DNA from: an uncultured Chloroflexia bacterium
GTDB lineage: Bacteria > Chloroflexota > Limnocylindria > Limnocylindrales > CSP1-4
Direction of reading: 5' to 3'
DNA: 64,000 bases
Assembly: GCA_963713075.1 (NCBI GenBank)
Contig: CAVQKO010000013.1
Coordinates: 81,487 to 145,486, forward strand
The notes beneath the pieces were generated by a model, which saw nothing but the letters and a program-made list of their open reading frames with translations, had not been told where the DNA came from and made no database searches. Positions 59,431 to 64,000 of this stretch are shown piece after piece. The position numbers and the translations under genes were made by a program. Within the stretch, counting starts at the first letter, position 1, and the number at the start of each line of letters is the position of its first letter.

Positions 59431-60795
59431 ATGACCGCCCCGCCGACGCTCGAGCTCGACCCGGTCCGCCTGGGCCGCAAGTTCCCGGCCGGCTTCACCT
59501 GGGGCTTTGCCGCCTCCGCCTACCAGATCGAGGGCGCCGCGGCCGAGGACGGCAGGGGTCCGTCGATCTGGGACGCCTTCGCCCGCCAGCCGGGCGCCAT
59601 CGCCGACGGCAGCACCGGTGACGTGGCCTGCGACCACTACCACCGCTACGCCGAGGACGTCCGGCTGATGGCCGACCTCGGCGCGCGCGCCTACCGGTTC
59701 AGCATCAGCTGGCCGCGCATCCTGCCCTCTGGCACCGGCGCTGGCAACGAGCGTGGCCTCGACTTCTACCAGCGCCTCGTCGACGCGCTGCTCGAGGCGG
59801 GCGTCCAGCCGATGGCCAACCTCTTCCACTGGGACCTGCCGCAGCCGCTGCAGGACCGCGGCGGGTTCGCGAACCCCGAGGTCGTGAGCTGGTTCACCGA
59901 CTACGCGGCGCTGGTCTCCTCGAGACTGGGCGACCGCGTCAGGGACTGGATGACGTTCAACGAGCCGGCCGTGTACGCCTTCCTCGGCCATGCCGACGGC
60001 ATCCACGCGCCGGGCCTGCGCGACTGGCCGACGGCCATCCGGGTGGCCGACAACGAGCTGCGCGCCCATGCCGCCGCCTCGCGGGCCATCCGCGCCCTGG
60101 TCCGCGACGCGAGGATCGGCATGGCGATCGACGTCAACCAGGTCGCGCCGGCGACCGGTTCAGAGCGCGATCGCGTCGCGGCAGAGCGGTGGGGCTCCGC
60201 CCGCGACGGGTGGTTCCTCGATCCGCTGTTCGGCCGTCCCTACCCGGCCCTGGGCCTGGACGCCCACCGCGAGGCGGGCCACCTCGACGGCGTCGACCTT
60301 GCCCAGCCGCCGGCCGGAGACCTCGACTACCTGGGCCTCAACTACTACCGGCGTGACTCAGTGCGTGCCAGGTCGGACCGCGCCTTCGACTGGGAGGTCG
60401 GCGCCGTGGCGGGCTCGGACCAGACGCAGATGGGCTGGCATGTCGCGCCCGACGGCCTGCGCGACGTGCTGCTCGAGCTCAACGGCAAGTACGCACCGCC
60501 CGAGATCGTGCTCACCGAGAACGGCGCGGCCTACCCCGACACCGTCGATCCGGACGGGCGGGTGCGCGACACACGTCGGATCGAGTACCTGGCACGGCAC
60601 GTCACGGCTGCCGCCGACGCGCTCCACGCCGGCGTGCCGCTGACCGGGTACCACGTCTGGTCGCTGCTCGACAACTACGAGTGGAGCCTCGGCTACGCCC
60701 GGCGGTTCGGCCTGGTCCACGTCGACTACGGCAGCCAGCGCCGCACGCTCAAGGACAGCGCGGCCTGGTATCGGCGGCTCGTCACCGGAGCGTAG
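59431..60795 (+). CDS. GH1 beta-glucosidase
   Basis: 'FTWGFAASAYQIEGA', acid/base 'TFNEP' and nucleophile 'ITENGAAY'. Confidence 0.9.
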   Translation: MTAPPTLELDPVRLGRKFPAGFTWGFAASAYQIEGAAAEDGRGPSIWDAFARQPGAIADGSTGDVACDHYHRYAEDVRLMADLGARAYRFSISWPRILPSGTGAGNERGLDFYQRLVDALLEAGVQPMANLFHWDLPQPLQDRGGFANPEVVSWFTDYAALVSSRLGDRVRDWMTFNEPAVYAFLGHADGIHAPGLRDWPTAIRVADNELRAHAAASRAIRALVRDARIGMAIDVNQVAPATGSERDRVAAERWGSARDGWFLDPLFGRPYPALGLDAHREAGHLDGVDLAQPPAGDLDYLGLNYYRRDSVRARSDRAFDWEVGAVAGSDQTQMGWHVAPDGLRDVLLELNGKYAPPEIVLTENGAAYPDTVDPDGRVRDTRRIEYLARHVTAAADALHAGVPLTGYHVWSLLDNYEWSLGYARRFGLVHVDYGSQRRTLKDSAAWYRRLVTGA

Positions 60796-60845
60796 CCGGC
60801 GCCCGGCGCCGACTGGTGGTCGCCAGCTCAGTCGGGCCCGGGCGG

Positions 60846-60915
60846 CCCGCCCGTCGAGCCCCTTCGGGTCTGGCGCCCGGTTCTGGCGCCCGCCCGTCGG
60901 GCCCCTTCGGGTCGA
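60846..60915. repeat. tandem duplicated GC-rich hairpin (CGCCCGTCGrGCCCCTTCGGGTC x2)
   Basis: Two copies of about 23 bp, 47 bp apart, each able to fold gaCCCGAAGGGgc. They lie between convergent genes and are terminator-like. Confidence 0.45.
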
Positions 60916-60919
60916 GCGC

Positions 60920-61957
60920 TCAGAGCGTCTCGGTGACCTTGCTGATCGTCCGGGGGTGATCCGGGCTGAAGCCGCGCGCGAGGGTGAGGTGATAGGCGTA
61001 CAGCTGGGCGGGCACGACCTCGACGACCGGCGCCAGCCATGGCGGGACGCCGTCCGGCAGGACCAGCGACTCGTCGATGGCCCGCGCCGCCGGCGCGTCC
61101 GAGATGACGAGCAGTCGCGCACCGTGGTCCGCCTTGAGCCGGGCCAGCAGGGCGAGCTGCGCCTCCAGCTCGGGCCCGCTCGGCGCCACCGCCAGCACCG
61201 GCAGGCCGGGCTCCGCGAGCGCGAGCGGCCCGTGCTCGAAGTCGGCCGCCGAATACGCCATCGCGGCGACCAGCGCCATCTCCTGCAGCTTGAGCGCCCA
61301 CTCGCGCGCGGTCGCGTAGCTGTAGCCGCGGCCGAGCACCACGGCGCGCTGGCGTCCCGCGTGCGCGGCGGCCAGATCGCGGGCGGCGGGCTCCGCGGCC
61401 AGCGCAGCCGAGACGAGGGCGGGCACGGTGCCCAGCTCTGCCGTCTCGCCGGGCGAGGGCGGGTCGAGGGCCGCCGACAGCAGCGCCACCGCCAGCAGTT
61501 CGGCCGTGTAGGTCTTGGTGGCGGCGGTCGACCGCTCCGGGCCCGCGAGGAGCTCGACGACGTGGTCGGCCGTCGCGGCCAGCGGGGAGGCGGCGTCGTT
61601 GGTCAGGGCGACCGTCAGCGCGCCCTGCCGTCGCGCCTCTTCAACCACCGCGACCATGTCCGGCGAGCGGCCTGACTGGGAGATGCCGACCACCAGCGCC
61701 TCGCGCATGTCCGGCCGCGCCCCGAGGAGCGTGATGGTCGACGGGGCCGCGAGGGCGACGATGGTGCGGTTGCGGACGGCCAGCAGGTACTGCGCATAGA
61801 TGCCGGCATGGTCCGACGAGCCGCGGGCGACGATGACCGCGAACCGTGGGCGGCGCGAACTCAGCGCAGCCGCGATCGGGGCGAACGCCGCGGGCGCAGC
61901 GTCGAGGAGCCGCTGCGCCGCGGCCGGCTGCTCGAGGATCTCGTCCCTGACGCTCAC
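60920..61957 (-). CDS. SIS-domain sugar-phosphate isomerase/deaminase-like protein
   Basis: The GTG at 61957 overlaps the upstream TGA (GTGA). 'VIVARGSSDHAGIYAQY...VVGISQSGRSPDMV' is a SIS fold, and there is a second SIS-like half. Confidence 0.75.
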   Translation of the reverse strand: MSVRDEILEQPAAAQRLLDAAPAAFAPIAAALSSRRPRFAVIVARGSSDHAGIYAQYLLAVRNRTIVALAAPSTITLLGARPDMREALVVGISQSGRSPDMVAVVEEARRQGALTVALTNDAASPLAATADHVVELLAGPERSTAATKTYTAELLAVALLSAALDPPSPGETAELGTVPALVSAALAAEPAARDLAAAHAGRQRAVVLGRGYSYATAREWALKLQEMALVAAMAYSAADFEHGPLALAEPGLPVLAVAPSGPELEAQLALLARLKADHGARLLVISDAPAARAIDESLVLPDGVPPWLAPVVEVVPAQLYAYHLTLARGFSPDHPRTISKVTETL

Positions 61958-63528
61958 GCGGCCAGCCCGTGCCCGCGCGGGTACAGCCCGCCGATGCCGA
62001 CGGGCAGACGCCCGGTGAACGGCGCCTCGCCCAACAGCGCGGCCGCGAGCGCCTCCGTCGTCGGCGGCAGGATGCCGTAGCTGCAGACGTGGGTCCTGGC
62101 AGCCGGGTAGGCGAGCAGGTCCCACGGCGTGCGGAGGGCGACGGTGACGGTGGGCCTGCCCGACGCGAGGGCTGCGGCGGCCACTGCCGCCTGCGCCGGC
62201 TGGAGGTGGGCGGCGTACGTCCCGACGACCACGATGTCGACGGCCTCGAGCCGCCCGCGCAACCCAGCGATGTCCGCCTGGCCCGGCACCGCCGGGAGCA
62301 GGATCTCCTCCACGCCACCGAGCCGCCGCCGCAGGGCCGCTGCCAGCGTGGGCGGCACCGCCGACGAGGTGTCGGCCGGCGTCAGGTCGGCCGGCATCGA
62401 CTGGACGACCGCGATCCGCGCGTCGGCGGCGGGCCTCAGCGGCAGCAGCCGGTCCTCGTCGCGGACGAGCGTGATCGACCGTCGGGCCAGCTCGGCGGCG
62501 AGGCCCCGGTGATCGGCGCACCCGACGACGTCGAGCGGCGGCTGGTCGCGGCGTTCGAGCCATCGTCGCAGCTCGCCCAGCCGGAGCTTCGCCGCAGCGT
62601 CGTCGTGGCGATCGAGGAGGCCCCGGCGCTGCGCCTGCTCGAGGCCCTCCCCCAACCGGTCCAGCGCCCGCTCGTCGGCGGTTCCGAGCAGCAGGTCCTC
62701 GCCGGCTCTGAGGGCGGCGATGGCGTCGACGACCTGCGCCGACCCCTGGGCCAGGGCGTGCATGTCCAGGGCGTCGGTGATGGTCACGCCGCCGAAGTGC
62801 AGCTGTCCGCGGAGCAGGTCGCGCAGCACATCGGGGGACAGGCTGGCCGGCAGGTCGTCACGCTGGCCCGAGAGCGTGACGTGCCCGGTCATGACCATCC
62901 GTGCGCCTGCGTCGAGCGCCGCCCGGAACGGCACGAGCTCGCGCTCGGCGAGCTCGACGGCGGTCCGGCGCACCCGTGGGAGCTCGTGGTGCGGGTCGGC
63001 TGCTGTGTCGCCCGCGCCCGGGAAGTGCTTGGCCGTCGCGGCCACGCCGTGGGCCTGGAGGCCCCGCACGGTCGCGGCCGCGAGCCTGCCCACGGCGTCG
63101 GGGTCGTCGCCGAAGCTGCGGATCCCGAGCGCCGGATTGGCGGGGTCGACGGCCACGTCGCAGACCGGCGCGTAGTTGGCGTTGACGCCGAGGGCCCGCA
63201 ACTCGCGAGCCGTCGCCCCGGCAACGCGCTCCGCGAGGTCCTCGTCGCCGGTCGCACCGAGCGCCATGGCGCCTGCGAACGCCGTGGTTCCGACCCCGAT
63301 GCCGATGAGCTGGCCGCCCTCCTGGTCGGCGGCGACGACCAGCGGCGGGGCGCCGGCCGGCCGAGCGCACTGGATGGCCTCGGTCAGCCGGCGGACCTGG
63401 GGTGGATCGACGATGTTGTGGGCTGGGAACAGCGTGACCCCGGCGACGCCGCCCTCGTGGATCCGCGCCGCCGCCGACGGCGGCAGCTCGGCGCCCGCGA
63501 AGGCGATCATCAGCCGGGCGAGGGTCAT
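61954..63528 (-). CDS. GH3 beta-N-acetylhexosaminidase (NagZ-like)
   Basis: ATG at 63528 overlaps the upstream stop (ATGA). 'KHFPGAGDTAADPHHELP' and the 'ITDALDM' Asp nucleophile region. Confidence 0.85.
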   Translation of the reverse strand: MTLARLMIAFAGAELPPSAAARIHEGGVAGVTLFPAHNIVDPPQVRRLTEAIQCARPAGAPPLVVAADQEGGQLIGIGVGTTAFAGAMALGATGDEDLAERVAGATARELRALGVNANYAPVCDVAVDPANPALGIRSFGDDPDAVGRLAAATVRGLQAHGVAATAKHFPGAGDTAADPHHELPRVRRTAVELAERELVPFRAALDAGARMVMTGHVTLSGQRDDLPASLSPDVLRDLLRGQLHFGGVTITDALDMHALAQGSAQVVDAIAALRAGEDLLLGTADERALDRLGEGLEQAQRRGLLDRHDDAAAKLRLGELRRWLERRDQPPLDVVGCADHRGLAAELARRSITLVRDEDRLLPLRPAADARIAVVQSMPADLTPADTSSAVPPTLAAALRRRLGGVEEILLPAVPGQADIAGLRGRLEAVDIVVVGTYAAHLQPAQAAVAAAALASGRPTVTVALRTPWDLLAYPAARTHVCSYGILPPTTEALAAALLGEAPFTGRLPVGIGGLYPRGHGLAA

Positions 63529-64000
63529 GCCTTCACCGAGCCCGCCAGGATCCCGCGCACGAACGCCCGCTGGAGCACCAGGAAGACGAGCATCGGGAGC
63601 ACCATGGTGATGAACGCGCCCGCCGTCAGGAGTTGCCACTGGCCACCGCGGCTGCCGAGCAGGGCGAACAGGGCCATGGGCATCACCCGCAGATCGGTGG
63701 CCGGACCCAGGAAGGTGATCGCCACGAGGAGGTCGTTCCAGACCCACAGGAACTGGAAGATGGCGAACGCGCCCAGCGCCGGGACCGTGAGCGGCAGCAC
63801 GAGCCGGATGAAGATCTGCAGGTGCGAGGCCCCGTCGAGGGCCGCCGATTCGAACAGGTCGCGGGGCAGCTGGGAGATGAAGTTGTACAGCAGGAAGATC
63901 GCGAGCGGCAGGCCGAAGCCGGTGTGGGCGAGCCAGATGCCGACGAACGTGCCGTAGAGCGACGCGCCGCTGTAGAGCTTGAGGATCGGGATCAGCGACA
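63525..64000 (-). CDS. carbohydrate ABC transporter permease, partial (N-terminus beyond window end)
   Basis: The frame is open to position 64000. The listed start at 63800 is internal. Upstream codons encode 'LPRDLFESAALDGAS..QIFIRLVLPLTVPAL', an EAA loop. Confidence 0.8.
   Translation of the reverse strand, partial: SLIPILKLYSGASLYGTFVGIWLAHTGFGLPLAIFLLYNFISQLPRDLFESAALDGASHLQIFIRLVLPLTVPALGAFAIFQFLWVWNDLLVAITFLGPATDLRVMPMALFALLGSRGGQWQLLTAGAFITMVLPMLVFLVLQRAFVRGILAGSVKA

Noticed and set aside
1-64000. tRNA, rRNA, CRISPR arrays, transposases, integrases, phage genes
   Set aside because: No T-loop-like GTTCGAATC motifs and no repeat-spacer arrays. No DDE, tyrosine or serine recombinase or capsid-like ORFs were recognisable.

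Overview
This window is a 64 kb, high-GC (~70%) chromosomal segment of actinobacterial type with about 67 plausible coding regions. The six-frame track contains many long Arg/Pro/Ala-rich ORFs that are artefacts of GC content. These were discarded when they lay antisense to, or overlapped, reading frames with clear family-level sequence signatures. I found no rRNA, tRNA or CRISPR array, and no transposase or phage genes.

Features, left to right:
- 1-2.0 kb: a VapB/VapC toxin-antitoxin pair.
- 2.2-10.9 kb: regulators and small stress proteins, including YciI, a truncated LuxR-family response-regulator fragment, a full NarL-family response regulator, an S4-domain protein, a YcaQ-family protein, a DHFR-family reductase, a Cys-rich 'CW' small protein, YggT, GlsB/YeaQ and CsbD.
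- 11.1-15.4 kb: a minus-strand sugar-uptake operon, ordered solute-binding protein, two permeases, then a GH130 glycoside hydrolase.
- 15.9-19.5 kb: a copper module with SHOCT, a cupredoxin, a CopB-type P1B ATPase, and a DUF1269 protein.
- 20.5-30.5 kb: a tightly overlapping plus-strand operon, ordered 6PGDH-like dehydrogenase, GH15 glucoamylase, acetate kinase, phosphoketolase, class I aldolase, mannose-6-phosphate isomerase, then a HAD-IIB hydrolase.
- 30.6-37.7 kb: a P3A-type H+-ATPase with a DUF2934-like tail, plus HAD, HEAT, DksA-like, cupin, GlsB and an atypical OmpR-family response regulator.
- 38.3-40.1 kb: a ComB-family phosphatase and a lipoprotein.
- 40.3-45.9 kb: tyrosine catabolism (hppD, a TPR protein, a fumarylacetoacetate hydrolase, hmgA) followed by a P450.
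- 46.0-52.5 kb: a leucine-catabolism operon with four consecutive 4-nt start/stop overlaps (acyl-CoA dehydrogenase, carboxylase beta subunit, hydratase, carboxylase alpha subunit, HMG-CoA lyase).
- 52.6-54.6 kb: a convergent acetoacetyl-CoA synthetase.
- 55.0-59.3 kb: a zinc-ribbon protein, an RpoD-family sigma factor, and a DEAD-box helicase with two coupled small ORFs.
- 59.4-64.0 kb: a GH1 beta-glucosidase and a minus-strand operon of a partial permease, a GH3 NagZ-like hydrolase and a SIS-domain protein.

The most notable non-genic signal is an imperfect palindrome, consensus ccggATGACGGnCCGTCATGACG, present in at least nine intergenic copies. All lie next to general-stress-type genes (PRC-barrel and its decayed duplicate, DUF1269, YggT, cupin, DksA-like, the atypical response regulator, small membrane proteins, and the sugar-operon promoter). 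I interpret it as either the operator of an uncharacterised regulon or a miniature interspersed repeat.
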